The notes below the pieces were generated by a model. It did no database searches. It saw only the letters and a program-made list of their open reading frames with translations, and was not told where the DNA came from. DNA of 64,000 nucleotides, taken from Gemmatimonadota bacterium (GTDB taxonomy: Bacteria; Gemmatimonadota; Gemmatimonadetes; Gemmatimonadales; GWC2-71-9). A program made the position numbers and the translations under genes. Positions within the stretch are counted from its first letter, which is position 1, and every line of letters begins with the position of its first letter. Below are positions 1 through 9,521 of the stretch, piece after piece. Location of the stretch: NCBI GenBank assembly GCA_036679605.1, contig JAZDCZ010000123.1, positions 1 to 64,000 on the forward strand, written 5' to 3'.

Positions 1-62
1 GTATCGTGCTGGCCTTCGCTCTCGGCGGGGTGATTCTATATCGCAACCATAACGGCAACTAA
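1..62 (+). CDS. 3' end of a membrane-protein gene (partial, runs off window)
   Basis: Frame 3 reads IVLAFALGGVILYRNHNGN* with stop TAA at 60-62; hydrophobic C-terminal helix. Confidence 0.5.
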   Translation, partial: IVLAFALGGVILYRNHNGN

Positions 63-138
63 GAGGAGACGTTTCGATGAAACGAACGATCTGTTTCCTG
101 TGCGCGGCAGGTCCGCCGCACCTTTCGAGGAGTGAGCC

Positions 139-948
139 ATGAAAAGACGCACTGTGATGATCTTAGGAATCGCAATCCTTACGGCGTCAGCCGTCTATGC
201 GCACGACTTGTTTCTGAAGTTCGACAGCTATTTCGTACCCACCAATCGCACCGTCCGCATCCCCGTTATCAACGGGACGTTCAGCATGAGTGAGGGGCCG
301 CTTGCGCCCGATCGCATCGTCGACATCAGTATCGTGTCGCCGGCGGGACGTGCTCGACTCGACACAGGCGCATGGACGATCGGGACCGACACTAGCTTCC
401 TCGACATCACCACGTCTGGTGCAGGTACGTACGTGGTGGGTGTTTCGACGCGTACCAATGAGATCGGACTCACGGGGCTGCAATTCAACCAGTATCTGGA
501 GAGTGACGGGATCCCGGACGCGCTCGAGGCTCGGAAACGTCGAGGTGCGTCAGACGAAGAAGATGTCCGGGAGCGTTACGCAAAACACGTGAAAGCCGTC
601 TTTCAGGTCGGCGAGAGTCGCACCGGTGAGTTCGACACACAACTCGGCTATCCCGCAGAGATCATCCTCCTCAATAACCCGTATGAGGTTTCCGTTGGAG
701 GTGAGCTGCGGGTGCGATGTCTGGTAGATGGCAAGCCAGTGGCGAATCAATACGTGCTCGCCGGCGGGGAACACGATGGAACGATGATACCGGAGACGGC
801 GGTGCGGACCGATCCGCACGGCGAGGCCACTTTTCGTTTGCACGCGGCCGGGAGATGGTACATCCGGTTCATCAGCATGACGAAGTCTGACGATCCTGAG
901 ATCGACTATCGCTCGAAGTGGGCGACGATCACGTTTGAGATCCGATAA
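139..948 (+). CDS. DUF4198-family periplasmic protein (Co/Ni uptake-associated)
   Basis: Signal peptide ending AVYA-HD (mature N-terminal His), RERYAKHVKA motif, GYPAEIILLNNPY, C-terminal WATITFEI; RBS GAGGAG. Confidence 0.8.
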   Translation: MKRRTVMILGIAILTASAVYAHDLFLKFDSYFVPTNRTVRIPVINGTFSMSEGPLAPDRIVDISIVSPAGRARLDTGAWTIGTDTSFLDITTSGAGTYVVGVSTRTNEIGLTGLQFNQYLESDGIPDALEARKRRGASDEEDVRERYAKHVKAVFQVGESRTGEFDTQLGYPAEIILLNNPYEVSVGGELRVRCLVDGKPVANQYVLAGGEHDGTMIPETAVRTDPHGEATFRLHAAGRWYIRFISMTKSDDPEIDYRSKWATITFEIR

Positions 949-973
949 ACGCTCCAACCGACGGAGGCGCGCG

Positions 974-1444
974 ATGCGACAACCATACCCACTTGCGGGG
1001 CTTCTCTCACTGGTCGCTTTTGGGCCCGTCCTCGTAACAGGCACCTTTGCCGGTGATGCTGCGATGGTCCACGAGCGCAAGGAGGTAGCCGGCCTTGCCG
1101 TGGTCTTCGGTGCGGAACCGGAGCCTGCGCTTACCGACGAGATGCAGGCCTTGCGCTGGCGGGTCAGCTCCCTGGCCGACGAGAAACCCTATTCGGACTT
1201 CCAAGATGCCAAGGTGACAATCAGCCGCGATGGCGAGGAGTACGGACCGTTCCCAGTGCGGAGCTCACGCCGTGATCCCGGTCTCTACCAGACGCGGCAC
1301 ATCTTCACGGCACCCGGCGAGTACGAGTCGGTGTTGAGTTTTCGGAAAGGAGAGGAAGAGGAAGTTCACACGGTCGATTTTTCATTTCGCATCCGTGATC
1401 GGGCGACCCTCGAGATTCCGCCGCGCAAACCAGCCGGACATTAA
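974..1444 (+). CDS. Secreted YtkA/FixH-like Ig-fold protein
   Basis: RBS GGAGG before ATG 974; signal-like N-terminus, mature HERKEV, PGLY...FTAPGEY motif. Confidence 0.55.
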   Translation: MRQPYPLAGLLSLVAFGPVLVTGTFAGDAAMVHERKEVAGLAVVFGAEPEPALTDEMQALRWRVSSLADEKPYSDFQDAKVTISRDGEEYGPFPVRSSRRDPGLYQTRHIFTAPGEYESVLSFRKGEEEEVHTVDFSFRIRDRATLEIPPRKPAGH

Positions 1445-1668
1445 GGCGGGTAGAGCGCAGCGAGTGACCGGGCTACCTGAATCGTGCGCTGTACGTCTCC
1501 ATCACACTGTTTGGATACCGCGCTGATCCTTGCGACAGATGTGCCCGCGACCGATGCTGGGCCGATCGTCCATCGCTGGGAGACGAACACTAAACGCAGG
1601 TGCGCACTCCTAGTTGCAACCATGACGGAAACTCGGAGGAGATATTTCGATGAAACAAACTATCAGCA

Positions 1669-1812
1669 TCAGCAGGCTCCCACGATGGCCCCAGCGCTCG
1701 TCCCCGCAACGTACGATAGCGGCACGCCTTCGCGATCGAGTACCTTAAGAACTCCTAGTTGGGCGAGTCCCCGAGCGCCGCCGCCGGAAAGCGCGATGCC
1801 CAGCTCTCCCCC
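1669..1812 (-). pseudogene. Truncated patatin-like phospholipase (N-terminal fragment)
   Basis: LGIALSGGGARGLAQLGVLKVL...VAGTSAGAIVGA (oxyanion GGGxR and GxSxG motifs) followed at once by a stop; catalytic DGG region absent. Confidence 0.8.
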
Positions 1813-1930
1813 CGTGCTACAAATACAACCTTGCATGCAAGCCGACTCCGTCAACGTTGCCACGTACTCACGCTCCTAGAAAACCGTCTTATCCGCTCCA
1901 ACGACTGCTGAGGACGTGGTGCGAGACTAG

Positions 1931-2836
1931 CTAGCTGCGCGCCGCTGCCGGGCTCCGGCTGCCGCACGCCGGACAGAAGCTGTCTGTCCTACCCATACGA
2001 CCACCGCACTCCTGGCAATACTTGTAATTGCGTTTCGACTTATCCGCGGGTGCTACTGGACGCCCCGGCCGGCTTCGCTTGGGGGCTTGACCTCGGTGGC
2101 TCTTAGTGTTGACGAAAAACCCGTAACCGACCACACCTGCCAGAGCGAGAACGCCCACGATCAGGATGTTCCGCATTGCGGTTCCACCAGCCGGTGTGGA
2201 CCCGGCTACCGTAACCGATGGTGTTCGATCCGGCTTGATGTAAGCGACGTCCACGGAGCGTGCGGCGTTCGCGGGCAGACTATCGAAAACCAGACGATTA
2301 TAGCTGAAGCCACTGGCGTCGGTAATTACCTTGACTGGTGCAGGGGTCGTCCGAAAGTCACTTGCCCGTAGCGGCTTCTGGACGCGGACGACGAGTTGCG
2401 AAATCCTGAACGGAGAGACCAGAGGGTATCGAAAGTCTTTTGAACTCCCGTCGAACGGATCGTAGTAGAACTCCATGTAGAACCGTTTGGTGGTAAGCGG
2501 ATATCGTACTTCGCTGATTGTATCGGTAACCGCTCTAGTCTCGAACGTCGCATGCAGGTGTTGACCCTCATCACCGAGCGCTCCAGCCATGTGAATCTGG
2601 GCGCCTGCCGGGATCAGGAATGCGAAGTCGGTCGGCGTTTCGACATCCGAGCTTAGTACTCCCTGATAGATTACTAAGACGCGCGGGTCATCATATTCGG
2701 GCCAGATGTCGATCTCCATTGACCGGATGCCGACATCGTCTGCAGCGCTTGCCCTTACCTGATCCTGACCGGAGTCCGCCTGCACAGGGGCGGCCGCGAT
2801 CAATCCCGCAGCCGCTAGCAACGCTATGTAAGTCAT
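1931..2836 (-). CDS. Secreted/membrane-anchored protein with C-terminal zinc ribbon (ccm-locus associated)
   Basis: Signal peptide, IWPEYDDPRVLVIY motif, TM helix, C-terminal CQECG...FCPACG. Confidence 0.7.
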   Translation of the reverse strand: MTYIALLAAAGLIAAAPVQADSGQDQVRASAADDVGIRSMEIDIWPEYDDPRVLVIYQGVLSSDVETPTDFAFLIPAGAQIHMAGALGDEGQHLHATFETRAVTDTISEVRYPLTTKRFYMEFYYDPFDGSSKDFRYPLVSPFRISQLVVRVQKPLRASDFRTTPAPVKVITDASGFSYNRLVFDSLPANAARSVDVAYIKPDRTPSVTVAGSTPAGGTAMRNILIVGVLALAGVVGYGFFVNTKSHRGQAPKRSRPGRPVAPADKSKRNYKYCQECGGRMGRTDSFCPACGSRSPAAARS

Positions 2837-3309
2837 TTTATCGTCTCACTCTCGTTCGGGAGAGGCTGGCCGCAGGATCGGCAGAAATGATCGCCGGGCT
2901 CCACGGCGGCCTCACAAATCGGGCATAATCCACATTCGGGAATAGCAGCACCGCATGCTTCACAGAAGTTGCTGGTGGGCGGATTCACGTGCCTGCATTG
3001 CGCACACGCCAACGGCCCATCTACTGGAGACGCTTCGCCCTCGGTGATCTCTTTTAGCAAGGCGAATGCTTTTGCCCGATAGCCGTTGCGAAGGTTCGCA
3101 TAGTCCTCGTCGGAGAACTTGCCCGTCTCGTATTCAAACTCCAGGTCTTTGATCGCGGCGTAGACCGTCTCCTTTTCGTGGAACAGACGGCGGCGCCGCT
3201 CCAAACGGGGCGGTGCACGCTGGATCGTAGTTGCGCGTGGTACCAGCAATGGATATCCGATCAGCGTCAGGCCTACGATCAGCAACAGAAAGAAAATCGC
3301 GATTTCCAT
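2833..3309 (-). CDS. CcmI-like membrane protein with double zinc ribbon
   Basis: N-terminal TM, IKDLEFEYETGKFSDEDY motif of CcmI N-termini, four CxxC pairs. Confidence 0.7.
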   Translation of the reverse strand: MEIAIFFLLLIVGLTLIGYPLLVPRATTIQRAPPRLERRRRLFHEKETVYAAIKDLEFEYETGKFSDEDYANLRNGYRAKAFALLKEITEGEASPVDGPLACAQCRHVNPPTSNFCEACGAAIPECGLCPICEAAVEPGDHFCRSCGQPLPNESETIK

Positions 3310-3312
3310 GCG

Positions 3313-3804
3313 TCAAACCTCGAATTCATTGAGTTCATGCTCCAACACAGCCCCGTACTTGGTCTCGAGATCGTGCTCTACGACTAGCGCCATGTCCTCC
3401 GCTTGTTCTGAACGACGCCGCTGAGTCCACTTGCCTATCGCGAGCCAGATAACGAGGGCCCCAACCAGGATGGCGGCGAACGGCGTTATCCACGCAGTGA
3501 GATTGAATCCCCTCTTGGTCGGCGCAGCCAATACCTGCTCGCCATATGTCGCCGTCATGTAATCGATGATTTCCTTGGCGTTCAGTCCATCGGACAGTTT
3601 CTGGCCGATGATCGCCTTCATCTCTTTCGCCGTATCCATCTCGCAGATGTTGAGTAGCTTGCCGCAACCGCATTGGCAGATCAATTGACTTGCCACATTA
3701 TCGACAGCCCCTTGCGCATATAACTGCCCACTCCAAGCCAACAGTGCTATCAGAGATGCGATCGCGGCCGGCCGCAATAGTGCCCGGCTATACGAGCGCG
3801 GCAT
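3313..3804 (-). CDS. ccmH: Cytochrome c biogenesis protein CcmH/NrfF
   Basis: LICQCGC, YGEQVLAAP, WITPF plus TM; directly downstream of ccmF. Confidence 0.85.
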   Translation of the reverse strand: MPRSYSRALLRPAAIASLIALLAWSGQLYAQGAVDNVASQLICQCGCGKLLNICEMDTAKEMKAIIGQKLSDGLNAKEIIDYMTATYGEQVLAAPTKRGFNLTAWITPFAAILVGALVIWLAIGKWTQRRRSEQAEDMALVVEHDLETKYGAVLEHELNEFEV

Positions 3805-5791
3805 CGGACGTCACCTTGCTTTCTCTGGCGATGTAAGTCGCGGTGGGGATGGGTCGCCGTCTGGGCGGTTCGGGCCACACTGCGATCAGAGTCCCAATAG
3901 TGATGACCACACCGGCGATCCAAAGCCACTTGGTGAGTGGATTGACAATCAACTTGAAACTGGCTGTGTCATCTTCGTATCCGTCTAGGATCACATACAG
4001 ATCCTCCTTCAGCGTGGATCTAATTGCCACTTCGGTCGTTGGTTGGTCGAAGGTTGGGTAAAGACGCTTTTGCGGTGCCATCGTGCCGATGGACTTGCCG
4101 CTCTTGACGATGTCGAGCATGGCCGCAATCGCGATGCGATTTCTGCTGGGGTATACGTCCATCTTGCGGTAGGTCACGGTATAGTCGCCTACCTGTGCAC
4201 TCTCGCCGGGACTCAAAATCGCCTTGGTCTCCTGGACGAAAGCCTTGCCCGTCACTCCGATGAAGAAGAGAACCACACCGAAATGGACGATGTAACCACC
4301 GTAGCGGCGTTGGTTCTGCGAGATCAAGTTGTGGAACGACGACAGCCAACTCTTTCCGGAGATCTGCCGCCGGGCACGGGTCCCTCTATAGAATTCGGAG
4401 ACGATCGTTGCCATGACGAATCCGGCCAGTGTAAACGATATCAGTGCGTATGTGTGCCGCATCCCGAGCGCGAAAAGTGTGACACCGACGAGCAGGCCGG
4501 TTGCGGCCGGCCGCAGGAAATTGCGGCGCAGATTGGCAAGCGAGGCCCTACGCCACGCGATTAGCGGACAGATTCCGGTCAGCGCCAGCAGGCCGAGGAA
4601 GATCGGGATGGTAACTTGATTGAAGAAAGGCGGACCGACCGTAATCTTGACGCCGCGTACCGCCTCAGATATCAGCGGGAAGATCGTGCCCCAGAAAACG
4701 GCGAACATCGCCCCGACAAACAGTAGATTGTTCATTAAGAAGCTCGATTCTCGGGACACCACAGAATCGAGTTCGTTCTTGCTTCGCAACAACGGGAGCC
4801 TCTTCAAGATGAGGCCGACCGAAAAGATCAGCACGACCGCGATAAGACCGAGGAACATCGGCCCGAGGTTGCTCTCGCCGAAACTGTGCACCGATGAGAT
4901 CACGCCGCTTCTGGTTAGGAAAGTGCCGAATAGGGTCAACGTGAACGTCAGGATGATCAACGACAGGTTCCACACCTTCAACATATTCTTCTTTTCCTGG
5001 ATCATCACGGAGTGCAGAAACGCGGTACCCGTCAGCCAGGGCAGGAAGGAGGCGCTCTCGACGGGATCCCACATCCAGAATCCGCCCCACCCCAACTCAG
5101 CGTAAGCCCACTGTGCTCCGAAAAGGTTGCCCCAGGTGAGAAAGAACCATGAGAACACCGTCCAACGTCGAGTGGTGCGGATCCAGTCGTCGCCGAGCCG
5201 CCCAGTGACCAGGGCGGCGATAGCGAAGGCGAACGGTATGCTGAACCCCACGTAACCGAGGTATAGCGTAGTAGGGTGGAAAATCATTCCCGGGTTTTGG
5301 AGCATCGGATTGAGGCCACTACCGTCCGGGGGAGTAACTGCGAGACGCTCGAAAGGAAGAGTGACGAACACTAGGAGTGACCCAAAGAACACCAACAAGG
5401 TGCTGAGCACACCGATTACGTATGGCATCAGTTCTCTGTTCCTCCAGCGATTCTGGAGCACAACTACTGTCGCGAATAATGCGAGCACCCATGCCCAAAG
5501 GAGAAGACTCCCTTTCTGACCCCCCCAAAGTGCGGCTATCGTGTAGAACATTGGGAGGTCGCTACTGGAATACGATGACACGTATTCGATGCCGAAATCA
5601 CGCGTCACGAAGCCATGGATCAATGCCGCGACGGCAATGCTCAGAAGTAGGAAAGACATCAGAATACTATTTTCGGCGCTGCGTATTAGGTTGAGCCTCC
5701 TAATCGCGCCACCGCGAAATGCGACCACTGCACCGTATGCGCCGACGACGAGGCCGAATTGCAGCGCGAACGTACCGAGTTCAGGAACCAT
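3788..5791 (-). CDS. ccmF: Heme lyase CcmF/NrfE
   Basis: WGGQKGSLLLW, WAYAELGWGGFWMWDPVES (WWD domain), TRSGVISSVHSF; ATG 5791 has RBS AGGGGG (ORF open to 5824). Confidence 0.95.
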   Translation of the reverse strand: MVPELGTFALQFGLVVGAYGAVVAFRGGAIRRLNLIRSAENSILMSFLLLSIAVAALIHGFVTRDFGIEYVSSYSSSDLPMFYTIAALWGGQKGSLLLWAWVLALFATVVVLQNRWRNRELMPYVIGVLSTLLVFFGSLLVFVTLPFERLAVTPPDGSGLNPMLQNPGMIFHPTTLYLGYVGFSIPFAFAIAALVTGRLGDDWIRTTRRWTVFSWFFLTWGNLFGAQWAYAELGWGGFWMWDPVESASFLPWLTGTAFLHSVMIQEKKNMLKVWNLSLIILTFTLTLFGTFLTRSGVISSVHSFGESNLGPMFLGLIAVVLIFSVGLILKRLPLLRSKNELDSVVSRESSFLMNNLLFVGAMFAVFWGTIFPLISEAVRGVKITVGPPFFNQVTIPIFLGLLALTGICPLIAWRRASLANLRRNFLRPAATGLLVGVTLFALGMRHTYALISFTLAGFVMATIVSEFYRGTRARRQISGKSWLSSFHNLISQNQRRYGGYIVHFGVVLFFIGVTGKAFVQETKAILSPGESAQVGDYTVTYRKMDVYPSRNRIAIAAMLDIVKSGKSIGTMAPQKRLYPTFDQPTTEVAIRSTLKEDLYVILDGYEDDTASFKLIVNPLTKWLWIAGVVITIGTLIAVWPEPPRRRPIPTATYIARESKVTSDAALV

Positions 5792-6089
5792 CGCTCCCCC
5801 TAATGCATGCCCCATGAATGTCATCTATCCCATCAGCCATTCCCTCTGACATTGCACCACAGTGGGAGCATGTCGATTGCCCGGAGAGATGTTCGCCGCA
5901 GCGCACACATCGCACGCTCGGCGGTAGGTAGGTGAGCGAGTTGCCGGACATTCTTTTGATTCCGCGTATCACCCACGCGCAGATGAAAAGGAGGACGGCC
6001 AGGAAGGTGATCGCTCCGAGAACGACCGTGGACATGTTCCCGGACGTTTCTGGTGGCATCGCTGTGAGTAATCCTGCCTGGCCTGACAT
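5781..6089 (-). CDS. Small membrane protein with zinc-ribbon-like CxxC pair
   Basis: RBS GAGGAGG before ATG 6089; one TM helix then CVRC...CSHC; overlaps the ccmF start. Confidence 0.55.
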   Translation of the reverse strand: MSGQAGLLTAMPPETSGNMSTVVLGAITFLAVLLFICAWVIRGIKRMSGNSLTYLPPSVRCVRCGEHLSGQSTCSHCGAMSEGMADGIDDIHGACIRGSDGS

Positions 6090-6120
6090 GGACGGTCCTC
6101 CTCTTGACGCATCAGCATAT

Positions 6121-6245
6121 TGCACATGGTGGACCGCCATGCTTGGCTGTGTAACAGATTGTCGATTATGGACTTAGGGGTACCAAGTGCGCTTCGAGTT
6201 CAGGGCAGGTGCGGGAGACCCCCCGCGCCCTGGGCTATATGACCC
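6121..6245 (-). promoter_or_regulatory. Putative sigma54 promoter and enhancer site for the ccm operon
   Basis: Minus strand CGGTCCACCATGTGCA (GG-N10-GC, 6135-6122); GGGTCATATAGCCC at 6245-6232. Confidence 0.45.
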
Positions 6246-6290
6246 GCGAATTAATGGAGCAGAAGTTCCGCGGCTCCCTCCATCGGATTG

Positions 6291-8744
6291 CTAGATGCGC
6301 ACACGTCGGAGCCGCAGGGCGTTTGTCAACACCGATACCGAGCTGAAGCTCATTGCCGCGGCTGCGATGATCGGGCTCAGGAGCACGCCAAGGAACGGGT
6401 AGAGAACTCCTGCCGCGATGGGTACGCCCACACTATTATAAATGAATGCGAAAAACAGATTCTGCCGAATGTTCCGCATTGTAGCCTGACTCAACCGCCT
6501 GGCTCGAACGATGCCGCGGAGGTCACCCTTAACCAGAGTGACACCGGCACTCTCCATTGCCACATCCGTACCCGTCCCCATGGCTATGCCAACTTGGGCC
6601 TGGGCCAGTGCGGGCGCATCGTTGATGCCGTCGCCGGCCATCGCGACCACACGTCCCGCTTGCTGGAAGCGTTTCACTGTTTCGGCCTTCTGGTCAGGAA
6701 GCACATCGGCCACCACCTCATCGATTCCTAGTCTGTTTCCGACGGCTTCTGCTGTCGTCTTGCTGTCACCCGTGAGCATGACGATGTGGATGCCCTCATT
6801 ATGTAGACGCCTGATTGCGTCGAGGGTCGTTTCCTTAATAGGATCTGCTACGCCGATGAGTCCTGCCGCCACTCCGTCCACCGCAACGAACATGACGGTC
6901 TCGCCGTCTGCACGCATCGACTCGGCACGGGCGACAAGCTGCCCGGTATCGACGTCGCGATCATCCATCAGCGGCCGGTTCCCAAGCGCAACGGAATGCT
7001 CGTTGGCGACTCCCGTCACCCCCTTTCCCGTCACTGACTGGAACTCCGTAGTGTCGACCAGGTCGACATTGCGGTCGGCTGCACCCTGAACGATAGCCGC
7101 TGCCAGTGGGTGCTCGCTTCCTCGCTCGAGGCTTGCTGCCAGGCGTAGCACCTCTTCTTCGCTCCACCCCTGTCCCGGCACAACGCTCACGAGCTTCGGT
7201 TTGCCTTCCGTCAAGGTCCCGGTCTTGTCTACGACCAGCGTATCGACGGTGCGAAGTACTTCGATCGCTTCGGCATTCTTGAACAGGACGCCGATCGTCG
7301 CACCCTTCCCTGTGGCCACCATGATGGACGTAGGAGTCGCGAGACCGAGCGCACAAGGGCACGCTATGATCAACACGGCCACGGCGTTGATAAGCGCGTA
7401 TGCCATGGCCGGCTCGGGTCCGACGATCGCCCAGACCACGAAAGTGATTATGGCGATGAGGACGACGACGGGCACGAAGTACCCCGCTACCAAGTCGGCG
7501 AGCTTTTGAATCGGTGCGCGGCTCCGTTGTGCATCTGCCACCATTCGCACGATCTGCGCGAGCAGTGTCTCTGCTCCTACCCGCTGTGCCTCCATGATGA
7601 GAGATCCCGTGCCGTTGATAGTCGCACCGATGATTCGATCGCCGGGCGCCTTTTCAGTCGGAATCGGCTCGCCGGTGATCATCGACTCGTCAACCGCGCT
7701 CGTGCCCTCGACAACGATACCGTCCACGGGGATTTTCTCACCGGGCCGAACGCGGAGTCGGTCACCCGCCTGCACCGTGTCGAGCGGGACATCCTCCTCT
7801 GTTCCGTCGTCCTGGAGCTTACGGGCCGTTTTGGGAGCCAAGCCCAGTAACGCCTTGATGGCAGTACTCGTCTGACTCCGGGCTCTGAGTTCGAGCACCT
7901 GCCCGAGCAGCACCAGCGTCACGATTACCGCTGCCGCCTCGAAATAGACCGCGACTTCACCACTTGCATCGCGGAAAGAAGCCGGGAAGATGCCGGGCAG
8001 TAGGTGTGCCACCACGCTGTATACGTAAGCTACACCCACACCCAGTCCGATCAGCGTGAACATATTGAGATTGCGGGTGACGACGGATCGCCAGCCGCGG
8101 ACGAAGAACGGCCAAGCGCCCCACAACACGATGGGCGTGGCCAGCACGAATTCGAGCCACGGCCAGACCGCCGGTGGTGCGATGCGGTAGAACGCGTCAC
8201 CACCAGGTAGGTATTTCGTCATTGCGATCACCAGCACCGGCACAGTCAACATCGCGCTTGCCCAGAAGCGCCGCCGCATGTCGACGAGTTCCGGATTCTC
8301 GTCCTCCTCTAGAGTCACGGTGCGAGGCTCGAGTGCCATACCACACTTCGGGCAGGAACCTGGTCCGTCACTCACTATCTCGGGATGCATCGGACAGACG
8401 TACTCGGTGCGGGTGGTCGGCGCGGCCGCAATTTCCGGCTCCAGCGCCATGCCACACTTCGGACACGTCCCGGGAGCATCTTGACGAATCTCAGGGTCCA
8501 TCGGGCAGATGTAGACGGCGCCGGCTACAGGCTCCGGTGACTTCGGGTGCTCACCCACCGTCTCCGCCACATATTGTGCTGGTGCCGCGCTAAACTTCTC
8601 TCGGCAGTGCTCGCTGCAGAACACGTAGGTCGTATCTCCATACTCGTATCGGATTGTGCCATTAGCGTCTACGCTCATTCCACATATAGGATCCGTCGTC
8701 GGCACTTGGACTTGGTCTCCACTCGTGTCGTGTGTCGATCTCAT
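6291..8744 (-). CDS. copA: Cu(I)/Ag(I)-exporting P1B-1 ATPase with YHS and two CPMxP metal-binding domains
   Basis: DPICGM...FCSEHC (YHS), [44 protein letters not shown] and MSFSS. Confidence 0.95.
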   Translation of the reverse strand: MRSTHDTSGDQVQVPTTDPICGMSVDANGTIRYEYGDTTYVFCSEHCREKFSAAPAQYVAETVGEHPKSPEPVAGAVYICPMDPEIRQDAPGTCPKCGMALEPEIAAAPTTRTEYVCPMHPEIVSDGPGSCPKCGMALEPRTVTLEEDENPELVDMRRRFWASAMLTVPVLVIAMTKYLPGGDAFYRIAPPAVWPWLEFVLATPIVLWGAWPFFVRGWRSVVTRNLNMFTLIGLGVGVAYVYSVVAHLLPGIFPASFRDASGEVAVYFEAAAVIVTLVLLGQVLELRARSQTSTAIKALLGLAPKTARKLQDDGTEEDVPLDTVQAGDRLRVRPGEKIPVDGIVVEGTSAVDESMITGEPIPTEKAPGDRIIGATINGTGSLIMEAQRVGAETLLAQIVRMVADAQRSRAPIQKLADLVAGYFVPVVVLIAIITFVVWAIVGPEPAMAYALINAVAVLIIACPCALGLATPTSIMVATGKGATIGVLFKNAEAIEVLRTVDTLVVDKTGTLTEGKPKLVSVVPGQGWSEEEVLRLAASLERGSEHPLAAAIVQGAADRNVDLVDTTEFQSVTGKGVTGVANEHSVALGNRPLMDDRDVDTGQLVARAESMRADGETVMFVAVDGVAAGLIGVADPIKETTLDAIRRLHNEGIHIVMLTGDSKTTAEAVGNRLGIDEVVADVLPDQKAETVKRFQQAGRVVAMAGDGINDAPALAQAQVGIAMGTGTDVAMESAGVTLVKGDLRGIVRARRLSQATMRNIRQNLFFAFIYNSVGVPIAAGVLYPFLGVLLSPIIAAAAMSFSSVSVLTNALRLRRVRI

Positions 8745-8791
8745 GCTGAAGCTCCCGTTCGTTGAATTGTCATCACCACCACCTACAATAT

Positions 8792-8919
8792 CGCAATCGG
8801 AATGCCCGCGGTGAGGGGGCGGCTAAACGGCTGTGAGATAGCGAGTTGAATCCTAAGGCATGGCAACGGAAATGGACGGACATGGGTCAGTAGGCATCCC
8901 GGAGTGGGTCAAATACCCC
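8792..8919 (-). promoter_or_regulatory. sigma54 promoter of copA with paired enhancer sites
   Basis: Minus strand GGGCATTCCGATTGCG (GG 8806-8805, GC 8794-8793); GGGTCAGTAGGCAT 8884-8897 and GGGTCAAATACCCC 8906-8919. Confidence 0.65.
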
Positions 8920-9029
8920 GCGCGATCCAGTCTCCGAATTACCGATATCCGAACTCCTAGGGTACTGGCCGGGCAGAGACATTCACTGATGGTCGTGTCT
9001 CAGAAGTCGTTCTCTCGGACCACCGGACA

Positions 9030-9386
9030 CTAATGCCAGTCCAGCGCTCCTCTCTTCCACGCGTATACGTAGCCGACTACCAGAATGGTGATGAAAATCA
9101 GCATCTCGACCAGGCCGAACAATCCGAGTCGTCGAAACGCCACGCCCCAGGGGATCATGAAAACCGTCTCGATGTCAAACACTATGAAGAGTATGGCAAC
9201 GAGATAAAACTTTACGCTGAACCGGTCTCGGGTGCCGCCGAGAGACGGGATGCCAGATTCGTACGGTTCCTGCTTCACCACGGTTGGGCGCTGCGGTGAC
9301 ATGAGCTGCGACATCACTAGCATGCCGACAGCGTTTGACACGACGAATCCAATGAAAAGTAGAAGTGGAGCGTACTCGCGCAACAT
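9030..9386 (-). CDS. nuoA: NADH-quinone oxidoreductase subunit A (orphan)
   Basis: KQEPYESG, RFSVKFYLVAILFIVFDIETVFMIPW, YAWKRGALDW. Confidence 0.93.
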   Translation of the reverse strand: MLREYAPLLLFIGFVVSNAVGMLVMSQLMSPQRPTVVKQEPYESGIPSLGGTRDRFSVKFYLVAILFIVFDIETVFMIPWGVAFRRLGLFGLVEMLIFITILVVGYVYAWKRGALDWH

Positions 9387-9521
9387 TGACTAGTTGTCCA
9401 CTCGTGAAGGAATTGACTAGATCGCTGTCAACCCTATGTAAGGTGACTGGCCGCCGTCAAGCAGCCCGACTTCACGAGTGACCGACATCGAGAATTCGGT
9501 TTCGATGATCTCGCACCGCTT

